Below, one piece after another: positions 52,546-64,000 of a DNA stretch of 64,000 nucleotides (the stretch's first letter is position 1; each line of letters begins with the position of its first letter). Made by a program: the position numbers and the translations under genes. The notes beneath the pieces are model-generated. The model was not told the DNA's origin and searched no databases. It worked only from the letters and a program-made list of their open reading frames with translations. The stretch lies in contig CM052816.1 in the NCBI GenBank assembly GCA_028534125.1, forward strand, positions 36,830,001 through 36,894,000, read 5' to 3'. The DNA comes from Lama glama (taxonomy: Eukaryota).

Positions 52546-53130
52546 GAGAGGCAGATTAATCGGGAAGAGAAAGAAGCTTAAGTCTCCAGGCCTCTCACAT
52601 GACTGGGGTCCCTCACCCGTCCAAGACCTTATCCAAGGCCCTGGGAGTGGCTCCAACAATGGATTCACTTGGTCATATTATTCTTTGTTAATTTTGCAGA
52701 GATAAGACTGCTGTATTTTTCCATTCTGATTTCCACTCAGTAAAGACTGCTGTCTTTTTACCACTCTGATTTTCTGTTCATTATACTTCTCTTTATGAGT
52801 GACATTGGATTGGTCTGGAACATTTTGGGATCTAACTAAGGCAAAAGTTGAAGTGATACATTGTCATTTCTATACACAGTTAAGTTATTTCTAGCTGTAC
52901 TTGTATAAGAATAGCTTCCTGGGAAAATTCTCACAACCGATATCAATTACCCACAATTCATGCCATTGATAAGAATGTATTTGATGATCAGTGGTAGGTA
53001 AACATGACTTTAAATATATGGTGTCAGAAGCTGGTGTGGATTTTTTTCTTTTCATTTTGTGATGCTCTAGTAAATGTTTGTACTTATTTTTTCTATTTTT
53101 AAAATTAAAAAGGTTTGTGTTTACTTTTTA
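52546..53130 (+). mobile_element. hAT-Tip100 element (Zaphod/MER115-like)
   Basis: AGAGGCAGATTAATCGGGAAG...GAAGCTTAAG...CCAAGGCCCTGGGAGTGGCTCCAACAATGGATTCACTTGGTCATAT matches the recalled Zaphod/MER115 left end. Confidence 0.7.
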
Positions 53131-53169
53131 CTCCCGATTTCATACTTATTATATATAAACTTTAATCTG

Positions 53170-53500
53170 ACCTTACTAGGTACACAATGGTGAGCCAAAA
53201 AGAGTCATACTTGTTATCATCCTGGAATTTACTGTCTAATAGACAATGTAGATGTTAATAAAATATTCACACAAATTGATTTAAAATTTAGGAAATATAA
53301 ATGCTCCATATGAATGGTCCATAGTGCAGTGAGCATAAGCTTTAAGAGACCTGGCTTAGTCTGGAGGGTGAGATATGTCTTCTATGTGGAATTACTGCTT
53401 AAAGAGAGATCTGAATTAATAAATGACAGTGTTGTGGGCAAAAGATAATGCTTGAGATGAGCCAGAGAACATGTACAAAGACCCTCTGGAAGAAGGAAAC
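53170..53500 (-). mobile_element. L2 fragment
   Basis: CCTGGAATTTACTGTCTAATAGACA...CTGGCTTAGTCTGGAGGGTGAG...CATGTACAAAGACCCT. Confidence 0.7.
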
Positions 53501-53673
53501 ACACTTTTGTGTGTGTGTGTGTACGCTTATCTTAAATCTTCTGGAAGAATATCCAACTTTTAAAGTTTTCTTACTTAACACTAATTATATTGTAGCACTC
53601 AAGAAAACTGCCAAGGTAGTGAGGCCCATCCTGTTTACTGTGTGAGTAAAAATGTTAGCTAGAATAAACTGAT

Positions 53674-53794
53674 TTCTCTTCCTTCCTTCCTTCCCTCCTT
53701 CCTTCCTTCTTTTCTTTCTCTTTCTCTCTCACTCACTCTCTCTCTCTCTCTCTCCATCTCTCCCTCCTCTCTCCCTCTTTCCTTCCTTCCTTCT
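53674..53794. repeat. Pyrimidine-rich simple repeat (TTCC)n/(CT)n
   Basis: Directly visible. Confidence 0.92.
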
Positions 53795-54414
53795 GCTAGT
53801 ATAGCAAACTAACTTTGTATTGATTTCAAGGAGAATATTAGTCAGTTTAAGAGTTATTTTCTTTAAGCCCATTATATAAATAAAGTCACAAATGATTACA
53901 ATTTTGTGAGGCCCTTATGTGGATATATATGGCTAAAGCTTAGTTCTGGCTGGAGACAGCCTTTTAGTTGATGTTTACCTATGCCTAAAATTGATTTTCA
54001 ATTACTCCTTCTCAATTTAAAAATGTTTCACTGTAATCACTAAATACAGTTTGTCTCTCCTCCAATGGCTAATTCAACAGTTAAATGTTTTAAACATTCT
54101 TAGAAAAACAATAGTGTAATAGACAATGGTGGCTGATATAGATGCCAAACAGTTGATGCAGTTCTTATTGATAATACAGTTCTTATTCTGTGAAGTTCTC
54201 TTTTCTTGTCTTATCCACACTTCCCTCAATATTTTTTTCTTTTTAGTTAAAAAATAGGTGACAGTTTGAAGAAAGTTTAGTGGCTGCTTTTGATGCCTCA
54301 TGCAGATCCCTTTCACAAGACAAGTTAATCTCTCCTATATTTGCTATAAATTGAGTTGCTACTGCCTCAAAAATAGCTTTTCTTTTTCTGCAAAATTACC
54401 CAGGAATTGCTCTA

Positions 54415-54580
54415 AGCCAAAGATTTTCAACCTTTAGGGGATGTCAGAAGATTCTGGAGGGAGTGTAAAAAACACAGTTTGCTGAGCCCCATTCCACTTC
54501 TAGAACTTAAGTGAGGAATGAGAATTTGCATTTCTAACAAGTTCCCTGCATTGCTGGTTGTGCTGATCAGAGGTACTAGC
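54415..54580. mobile_element. MER5A (hAT-Charlie)
   Basis: GAGAATTTGCATTTCTAACAAGTTCCC signature. Confidence 0.8.
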
Positions 54581-56399
54581 CTTAAGGAAATTACCTTCCT
54601 GGGTCACTTTGCCTTCCTATAAGGGAATGGCCCAGGTGGTAAAAATGTAGAACAATTCTTGAGTACGATTTTTGCTCAAAAGGCTCTTTGGATCAGACCA
54701 AGAAAAGTCTTCACAATCTTGTTCAACTCTTTTCCCTTCACTGTACTGCTTCCTTCACTTTCCAAAAACACGCTCTCCCAAAAAATCCTATGCTAGAAGT
54801 CAGACTCAGGCTCTGTCTCTACAAAATGAACGTAAGAAAGACCAAGAGAATTATTTTTTTTCAAAGCAATTAAACAGTTTTTGTAACCAAATGGTCTTGA
54901 TTTCATGTTAGTATTCTTACCTTGATTTGTCAGATTTGTTAAATTGAGGCCAGAATATAAATCCACTGTTATTTTGGGATCAATGCTGTCATTTTGGATT
55001 AGCAGATGCTCAAACCTGTTTACCAATGAGCCAGAGAAAAACCTCTCTTATTGGACTTTTTTGTTTCCCTACCTACCCCCTCTCTTCCTACCCAAGGTTG
55101 AACTGAAAGGTAAGTTCTATTGACAGATCTTGCAAGTAAGACAAGCTAAAGCTCATATTTTCAAAATAAATCAGCTTGACTTAATGAAGATATAATCTAT
55201 AGAATACATCTATGTATGCTTGATACTGAATATATTTTCTAGCCGTAGGTCTAGGAATAAAACATATAGAGTAATAAATAGGGAAGAGAGAGAGTATATG
55301 ATTTAGATTAGTCTACTTGCATTATACTTGCATCTACTGCACAAATTACATACTTGGAGAAAATTTGGTGTTCAAATATTTACGTATTTATCTGTAATTT
55401 GTCTTTATTCTGGTAATTTTTTGGCAGAAGTAGTGTCATCACTGTTCATCTAACAGATAAGCATTTAGGATTAATTTAAATAAATTGTCATACAGTGAGG
55501 TCCTCTTGTTTTTGTTTTCAGGCAGCTTCTCAAGGAAAGTGGAAGGAATCATTTTGAGAGATCAGTGAGGGACTTCTGTTAAATAAATGTAATAAACATA
55601 AGGTGTAGTGAATTATAGGAGAGAAAGAATTACTTGTGATGTGGTTACACTTCTGTCCACTAATGTACATACTCGTGGCTTCCACTGATCTAAAGGAACA
55701 GGAAATACACACACACACACATCCAAGTTTTATATGGTTATGTGCCCCTGTGAATTATGGATTTAGAAATGCATGTTGTAAAATAAAATATTTTATGATT
55801 ACATAAAGAGTAAATTATGTTGCTAAACTTTATTCACAGCTCCATATCAGGGAAAATATTTAGAAGAAATAATGCATTTAAGTATGATATTGCTATAGAA
55901 CTGATGAAGAATTATTTAGAGCTGGAAAAAACTCTGTTACCCACCAATAATTTATTAATTATAGACATTGATCTATTATTTGTTCATGTAGGATTTTAAT
56001 TTAGTCTAATTTAAACATCTCAGTGCAACAAGTGAAAAAAACTCAAGGGACTTATAGAAAGGAAAAGTGATCTGTTCATCAAACATGCCATCAATGAAAA
56101 GGAGTTATTATAGTTATATTGTGTTTAAGTTCTACAGAAGCTAAGTTTTGTTTTTCACTTAATTGCAAGCATTACTTCATGCATTTTGAATTAAAAAAAG
56201 ACAGCAGAAATTTTTTAGGATTTAAGTGCCTGTAAACTAACTTTTTAAAGTTTTTATTCTTTCAAGGACATGGGGGGTACTTTCTCTTACTTTTCTTATT
56301 CTCAAATTAGATTTTACCCTCTGAAATCAGCCTGCATAGTTTCAGATACTAGTTCTAACACATATTGCCTTTTTAAAGATGAGTATGTTACTTTACAAT

Positions 56400-56548
56400 G
56401 TCTTGGTTTTCTAGACTATAAAATAGGAAACAGAATACTAGCCTCATAATTGCTGTGATGATTAACTAAATTTGTATCTGCAATGAGTGTTGAACAGTGA
56501 GTGCCTGTCACATAGCTCAGCAGATGTGTATGTGTTTATTACTATTGC
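56400..56548 (+). mobile_element. MIR 3' part
   Basis: GCCTCATAATTGCTGTGATGATTAA...GAACAGTGAGTGCCTGTCACATAG. Confidence 0.65.
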
Positions 56549-56617
56549 CCCTACGTACTCATATTCCAGGTCTTTTTATTTTTTGTCATTTGAATGTGAT
56601 CAAAAGCACTTATTTCA

Positions 56618-57762
56618 GGGGGCATGATACCTCTAGCTCTGATCTTCTTTCTCATGATTATTTTGGTTATTTGGGTTCTTTTGTGTTTTCATACAAATTC
56701 TAAAATTATTTAGTCTAGTTCTGTGAAAAATGCCATTAGTATTTTGATAGGGATTGCACTGAATCTGTAGATTGCATTGGGTAGTATGGTAATTTTAACA
56801 ATAGTAATTCTTCCAATCAAAAAACACGGTATATTTTTCCATCTGTTTGTGTTGTCTTCAGTTTCTTTCATCAGTGTCTTAGAGCTTTCAGAGTATATAT
56901 AGGTCTTTTGCCTCCTTAGGTAGTTTTATTCCTAAGTAAATATTTTTGCTGCAGTGGTAAATGGGATTGTTTCCTTAATTTCTCTTTTTGATACTTTGTT
57001 GTTAGTATATAGAAAGGCAACAGATTTCTATATATTAATTTTGTATACTGCAACTTCACTGAATTCATTGATGAGCTTCAGTACTTTTCTGGTGGCATCC
57101 TTAGGATTTTCTATGTACAGTGTCATGTCATCTGTAAACAGTGACAGTTTTTCTTCTTCCTTTCCAATTTGGATGACTTTTCTGTTTCTTATCTGATTGC
57201 TGTGGCTAGGACTTCCAAAACTATGTTGAGTCAAACTGGCGAGAGCAGACATACTTGTCTTGTTCCTGATCTTAGAGGAAATGCTTTCAGCTTTTCACCA
57301 TTGAGTATAACGTTAGCTGTGGGTTTGTCATATGTGGCCTTTATAATGTTGAGGAATGTTTCCTCTTTGTCCACTCCACTTTCTGGAGAGTTTTTATCAA
57401 AAATGGGTGTTGAATTTTATCAAAAGCCTTTTCTGCATCTATTGAGATGATCATATTTTTAATTCTTCAATTTGTATTACACTGATTGAATTAGGAATAT
57501 TGAAGAGTCCTTGTTTCTCTGCAATAAATCCAATTTGATCATGGTGTATGATCTTTTAATGTATTGTTGGGGTATTTTGTTGAGGATTTTAGCACCTATG
57601 TTCATCAATGATACTGGCCTATAGTTTCTTTTTTTGTGATGTCTTTGTCTGATTTCAGTATTAGGGTGATGCTGGCCTCATAAAATGAGGTCAGAAGTGT
57701 TCCATCCTCTGCTATTTTTTGGAATAGTTTGAGAAGGATAGGTGTTGACTATTCTATAAATG
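56618..57762 (-). mobile_element. Inverted 5' segment of a younger L1 (ORF2 RT domain)
   Basis: ORF 57028-57252 gives IQIGKEEEKLSLFTDDMTLYIENPKDATRKVLKLINEFSEVAVYKINI, the L1 ORF2 F/YADD region. Confidence 0.95.
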
Positions 57763-58375
57763 ACTCAACAATTCCACTCCTGGATTTAAGTCTAAAAAAA
57801 CCAGGAACACTAATTGAAAAGAAACATGCATCCCAATGTTCATAGCAGCATTATTTACAATTGCCAAGATATGAAAGCAGCCTAAATGTCCATCAAATGA
57901 TGAGTGGATAAAGAAGATGTGGTATATATATGCAGTGGAATACTACTCAGCCATATAAAAGAATGAAGTTTTGCCATTTGTAACAACATGGAGGGCATGA
58001 TATGACGTGAAATCTTTCGGAGAAAGACAAGTATCATATAATATCAATATGTTTAATCTGCAGACTACAACACATTAGTGAATATAGCAAAAAAGAAGCA
58101 GACTTGCAGATACATAGAACAAACTAGTGGTTACCAATAAGTAGTGGGAAGGGAGGAGGGGCAATATAGAGGTAAGGGGTACAAACTATTAGGTATAAAA
58201 TAAGCTATAAGGACATATAGTACAACATAGGAAATACAGCCAATATTTTATAAAAACTATAAATGGAGTATAATCTTTAAAAGTTGTGAATCACTATATT
58301 TTACACCTGTAACATAAAATCGTTCAGAAACTATACTTCAGTTAAAAATAAATACATAATTTAATCACCTTAAAG
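57760..58375 (+). mobile_element. Direct 3' segment of the same L1 insertion
   Basis: CCAATGTTCATAGCAGCATTATTTACAATTGCCAAGAT...GAGTGGATAAAGAAGATGTGG, 3'UTR and A-rich tail; flanked by the TSD at 56602-56617 / 58376-58391. Confidence 0.92.
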
Positions 58376-58744
58376 AAAATCACTTGTTTCAAATTTAAAT
58401 ACACTTGTTTTTTGAGAGATAAAATCTCTAACTGTTACGAAAATTGTCCAACAAAACCACATTTCATCTTGTCACTTGTAATGTGGTTAAAAAAAGGATA
58501 CAATATATTTAAGAATTAGAATTATTATACTAGTGTTTTTAATATATAATCTATTAAATAAGAGATTGTTAACATTTTTATAAACTATAAGTCCATTAAA
58601 ATTTTTAGTGACATTCTTATCTATGGCCTACCCTCCACCCTAATTTTCATTTCAATAGTGGGAATTTTCTTAAGTATATATGAGACTTTTGATAATTTTA
58701 TAAATTGATACATTAATTAGTAGTAGCTTATTTTCCATCAAATG

Positions 58745-59270
58745 TGAACAAAAATTTTTGTGTATCTACTTCGTAAACAAAATAGACCCCTAGGTCTTAA
58801 GGCTAACATTCTGGTAAGGGGAATACAGACAGTAAAAATATTAACAACAAAGTTTTAGATAGTGCTATGTGCTATAAAATAAAAGCTGAGCAATGCAGCA
58901 AAAACAGCATGAGGAAAGAAGTTTATGTAGGAATTGCTTTAGTCATAGTGATTAGAGAAGGCCTCTGTGAGGACCTGAAAGATGAGAAGAAGCCAGGTTT
59001 GGGAAGATCCAGTAGAAAAAGGTCAATCCAAGATGAAGATATCCCAGGGCAAAATACTTGACCGTGTTTAAGTGACACAGTAAAGATCAGTGAAAATGAA
59101 ATGTAATGACTGAGTGAAAAAAAAAAAGGAAAGAAAAGAGATCAGAGATACAGGCATTGGTCAGAAAGCATAGTACCTTGCAAAGCAGAATATAAGTTGA
59201 TATATTTATTCTCATTGCAATGGGAAGCCACTGGAGAGTTCTAAGAGAGGAGTGTGTCATGAGATTTATG
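58745..59270 (-). mobile_element. L2 fragment
   Basis: AGAGAAGGCCTCTGTGAGG...TGCAATGGGAAGCCACTGGAGAGTTCTAAG. Confidence 0.75.
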
Positions 59271-62154
59271 CTATCCATAGCTACAAATAGCAGAATATCA
59301 GAAACCCTATGAGAGCATGAGAGCACAGCTTATTAAAGTCCCATCTGTCAAATTGTAATATATTTATCATTTTAATGGGCACTAATCATAGTTTGAATGT
59401 ATTATATATTCAGAAGTTATCTTGTAAATCATTGGGTTTTTATACCACTGACAACATTTGGACTCAGAGGTACAGGTGTTGGGAATAAAACTTTGGTAGA
59501 AGAATCATCCTGCACATCTCTAATCAGCCACTGTTCATAATTAGCTAAGCAACTATTCACATAGGTACCTTCATGTTGCCTCCCTCTCTAGGCTTGTAAG
59601 CCTCAGTGGAAGCTTGTTGTATTTATTGAGCAGTAAATTAACATCACAGTGCTTCAAGCAACAACATGTTTTGTTAATTTCTGTTACAATTTCAGCCCGT
59701 CTGCTTTCCCTGCTGCAATCCTCTGACAATGGAGCCAACTTACAAAATGAATGCTGAGATAGTTTTGTCAGCTTGGCAAATCATTTTATTTTTCTTCCCT
59801 TGTTTGGTAGAAATAGCAAGAAGATTCTCTTTTAGTATAAACAATTAAAAAATAAATAGAAATTGTACAGAAACTTAATCCTAGAACATTTTATATAGGC
59901 AATACTGGATCATCTTTTACAACAAGAAAAGCTATTGCTACTTCGAATGCTCTAATTCCTTTAAAGTTCCATTGAATATACTTTCTGAGAAACATCAATT
60001 GCAGCAGAAAGCAATCTTTCAAAGGGGCCTATCTGATAAGCTTTAAATGGATAACAACACTCACACACACTGATACTATACAGAGGAAGAAATTGCCATT
60101 GTAAAAGATGTGAATGTTCTCAACAGAAATATCATCCACTGAGTCACTTACAGAATAGGGGAAATGACTGGGAACTTAGCTGCTTTGAGCTAACTGAACA
60201 AAGAAGGAAAAATAAGGCCAAAGGGAATCTCCTGTTAGGGCATTAAAATATGTCAAAAAATAATGAGGTAAAATAAAAATAGGAACAAAGAAGCATTTGA
60301 ACTTTGAGATAAAATGGGGGATCTAAATTTAAAAACAGATATCTAGCAATACTGAATCATACAAAGAGAATCTGGCTAGAGTAGAAAGGATAAGAGGGAA
60401 GAATATTTCCTCTCTTCCTCCTGTATTGGGAATGGGGTGGGCCAAGTTTACCTGAAGACATTTCCCCTTTAATAATTGTAGATATGATTTTGTTTTTCTA
60501 CAAATTCACCTTGTAATCAAAGAAAGGACAATATTTTTGTATGTAGTCTACTATCCTCAACCACATGCAGAGATAAAAAGTAAGCCATGGTGTTTTAGTT
60601 CAACTGTTTCAACAGGTATGTCTCAAGTATAATCAATTACTATTTATTTCCTTTTATTTAATTTGTTTATTGCACAATAAAGAGCTAAACCAACAACCTA
60701 TGCTTTATTTTACATATTTCTAGAATGTAGGTAAGGATGTCTGCCTTTCTGTAATATTTAGTATCAAGAAAAAAATTGATGTTTCTATAAGCCATGCTAA
60801 ACATACAAACTATAAACTAGATTGTTAAATGAAAACAATGATAGCTGACTAAAGACAACTATATCTAAACTAACAAGTGCATGTAACTGTTAATTTATAA
60901 AAAATAATAGGATTCTAGGTTTCTTTTGTGTCTTCTAGCATATTTAACTTTATTTACAAAACGATTGTAGGAAAATAAGTTGGCTTTCAGCCCACATCTT
61001 AGCTTTCATACTAGATTTCAAAATTTTAAAATATTGCACCTTTTATTGGCTTAATGATATTTCATTTATGGGACATGATTGTAGGAAGAACTTTGCTTTA
61101 TTTTTCTTAGGCCAAAGTCCTATATAGAAATCAAGCTCAGTATGTTGTATTAAGTAGCTTTCCTTGGGAATGAAACACGAGGATTGGTTCTCTATTTGTT
61201 TAGGTAGGAGGAAAGCTGCCATGGAAACCACAATACCGTAAAAGCCATGAGAACAGGGAACGTCCTAACAGCCTTACTCATATTAGTCATTCAGTACAAT
61301 TTACTGAACTGAATTTTAGGAGAAATGGGAGTTTATACCTGGAAGGTTTGTTGCTTAATGCCTGCCATTACACAAATATCTGTTCCTATACAGTTGCACA
61401 TGAACAGTAATCTTAAAAAAGAAAACTAAAGTATAACTTTGTGCAAAATGCATGTGCAAGAGCTTTTATTGAAATGTATTCTTTTGGATAAAAATTGGAC
61501 GGGCAGTTGTATAGAAACTGTACTTTGAATAAAGTGTTTTGAATAAAGTAAATGAAAGCAGGCATATACTTACAGTGTCATTTGACTGAATACAGTATTG
61601 CTTTTTATCACTTTTTTCTCATCCACTTTTTTATCATTACTCTCCTACATAGTGACCCTGGAGATTTTATATTAATGAATGCTATATGTGTATATAACAT
61701 AATTTGAGATAAATAATCTTGAACTGGAACAATGTTAATAATGTATCCTGAGAATTGGCCATTTTGCCAGTAATTAAATAAACAAATTAAACTGATGGTT
61801 TCACTTGTATCAATATTTAGTATTTGGCTTGTTATTTTCATGTTTAAGATGTTGAAAACTCTTAAAAAGGAAAAATGTAATGTGCATTATTTGTTTCTAA
61901 TTAGATGGATTTATTAAGATTAAGACTTAACTAGATTACATCACAGACATATATGACTTTAGAAATGTCTAGTGCTTTCTATTAATTACTAGTTTTATAT
62001 ATTTTAGTTTTACATTTTTTCTGGTATATCTAGGTCATTCCACATTATATACAACTTTCTAAAATGTGAACTATGTTAACATATTCTGTTTTGTATATCT
62101 GAAATCATTTGAATGAAATAAGATAAAAATATTTAACATAAACTTGTGCATGCT

Positions 62155-63400
62155 GTCAATTTCCACTATTGGCAATATGAGAGACAAGATTCCCTGACAG
62201 ACTCTTGAATTTAATGCAGCTAAATCATGTTTGAAAATAATATGCTATAAAATGACCAAGACAATTTGGAAAATATTAGTGAGAATTGACTAAAATAAAT
62301 GCAACAAAAATTGGAAGCAAATCAGTTAATAGCAGTTTTGAATCAAGTTGTAGAGGAAATGTGGAGACTTGAAGAAAGTATTAAATGTGTTAGTAATTCC
62401 CAGTAATAATTCATTGTTAAAATAGCAGTAAAAATCATGTGTTTTCCTAAGTCATTAATGGACCTTTGATTTACATATATCTCAGTTAGGAAAACAATAC
62501 TATTTTCCATATTTATTAAACAAATTTGAAATGCTAGTAAATGATTAATTTTTATAGAAATTCTACTATTTGCTTAGTTATTTTTTTTTCTAATTTAAGT
62601 CTCAATAGGTCATTTTGTCATGACTAACATTCAATTACGAGACAATTTGAGTTGATATTATTTACCATTTGCCATTACTCACATTTCATTCAATTTGTGG
62701 GTTCTTAAAAATATTATGTTGTAGTTGTAATCTATAAATGTATAGATCACTGCAAAATTATTCATTAAAGCATAAGCTGTGCTGAAATGATAATGTTAAT
62801 AATCATATTTTTAAAATATTTCATGGAAAAATATAGAGGAAAATAGTAAATTAAACTCAGGAAATGCAGACTGTAAATGTGTATGTCCTGGGATAAGGAA
62901 ATATATGAAAGAAATATTTCTACACAAGCAATCAGAAGTTGTAAAAAGAGAAAACAGTGTATTTTAAAGTTGTATGCATTAGACCAACTATCTATTCACA
63001 TCATTTTAGAACAAAGCACAGCAATCATTGTTAAAATTATCAATTGTTTTCTGTGAGTGTTTTATTGAAAAATTATGAAATGTTTTCCAGCACAAAATTG
63101 GTAAATTTCTGTCACTAATGTCCGGCAAGAACCTAAAGCTAAAAAAAAAAAAACCAAACATAATTCATCCTACTAATATTGATAATACAAAAAGAAAGTT
63201 CATTTCAGTTATTTTAGATGACCTGCTATATTGTGTAGTCAGGAGTACATTTAATGTATTATATAGAAAGAACCTATAATTTCCCAGATAAAAATCATTC
63301 ATTTTAACATTGAAGATAAGATATCCAGTTGTTTTAAAGCATAAACTCTGATATGAATAATTTGAAAAAAAGGAGTTTGGCTCATTATTTCTTTTTTTTT
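62155..63400 (+). mobile_element. Possible very old L1/HAL1 5' and ORF1 relic
   Basis: TTCCACTATTGGCAATATG-type start and an A-rich strand bias; a weak YPAKLSF-like region at ~63270-63330. Confidence 0.3.
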
Positions 63401-64000
63401 TTTAAGACAGTACATTAGCGGTGCATTATTGGGTATATTTTTAAAAAACTCTAAATATGCCAGAGTAATGAGGAGAGTTTTTTCACTGTTTAAATATTGA
63501 TTAATGCTTCTTTAGGCTCTGGCTTGCAAATTGAAATACTCAACATTAAAAATTTTAAATCTGATATGCACATTGTTGGTATGTTACATAAGATTGTTAG
63601 AGATTTTCAAGGATAAACTTCTTATTTTCTGAATCCATATCAAATATTCAGATTCATATGGTAAAGCCACCAAGCACTTGCTGCCATTTCCCAACCTATA
63701 GCTGTGAATTGAGAGTTTAAAATAATTATAAATAGGGAAAGAAAAGAAACTAACTGGATGAAAAATCTGAACTGAAATTCTGGGTCAATCACCAGGACTC
63801 AAAGTGATCACTGAGAGTTCACTGAATCAGCTATATAATCTCTCCCAGAGATAAAAATAATTAGTTTTATCATTATATTTATTATTATATTAACAGAAAT
63901 AATTTTATCCATTTGACTGGAAAACTATTTTTCTAGCACTAAAACTTACCTGCAGTGTGGTTGAGCTCCAAGTCCATACTAAGAAACATTGTGTTGGCCT

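Noticed and set aside
57028..57252. RT-motif ORF as an active or novel reverse transcriptase
   Set aside because: It is an ordinary L1 ORF2 fragment with stops and frameshifts, in a truncated and inverted copy.
58342..58375. L1 tail resembling the camelid SINE tail (TAATCACC versus TAATTACC)
   Set aside because: A short match in A-rich sequence; simple decay of the polyA tail explains it.
1..64000. Short ORFs of the six-frame track as host protein-coding genes
   Set aside because: All are 146 aa or shorter, many use non-ATG starts or run through microsatellites (THTH, YIYI, CVCV) or TEs, and none forms a recognisable exon chain.

Overview
Mammalian genomic DNA, AT-rich and CpG-depleted, most likely camelid (camel/alpaca): it carries a tRNA-derived SINE matching the Vic-1 type and artiodactyl-type L1 3' ends. 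I find no protein-coding gene, RNA gene or CpG island. The six-frame ORFs are short chance ORFs or pieces of transposable elements, so this looks like intergenic or deep intronic DNA. Much of it is a layered TE fossil record: L1 of several ages, L2, MIR, MaLR/ERV LTRs and hAT elements. The best-supported notable structures are three. (i) A decayed, internally deleted ERV1-class provirus (~31.8-35.8 kb) with a 5' LTR, a tRNA-Gln primer-binding site, and relics of Gag (N-terminus and late-domain motifs), the integrase C-terminus and Env SU. (ii) A 5'-inverted (twin-primed) L1 with a 16-bp target-site duplication (56.6-58.4 kb). (iii) A ~5 kb ancient L1 with four nested insertions (11.3-16.2 kb). 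Several repeat-poor islands carry transcription-factor motif clusters (candidate enhancers), and there is one candidate spliced non-coding terminal exon. I could not support a genuinely new biological system. Repeat family names are from recalled consensus sequences, not a database search, and boundaries are approximate.
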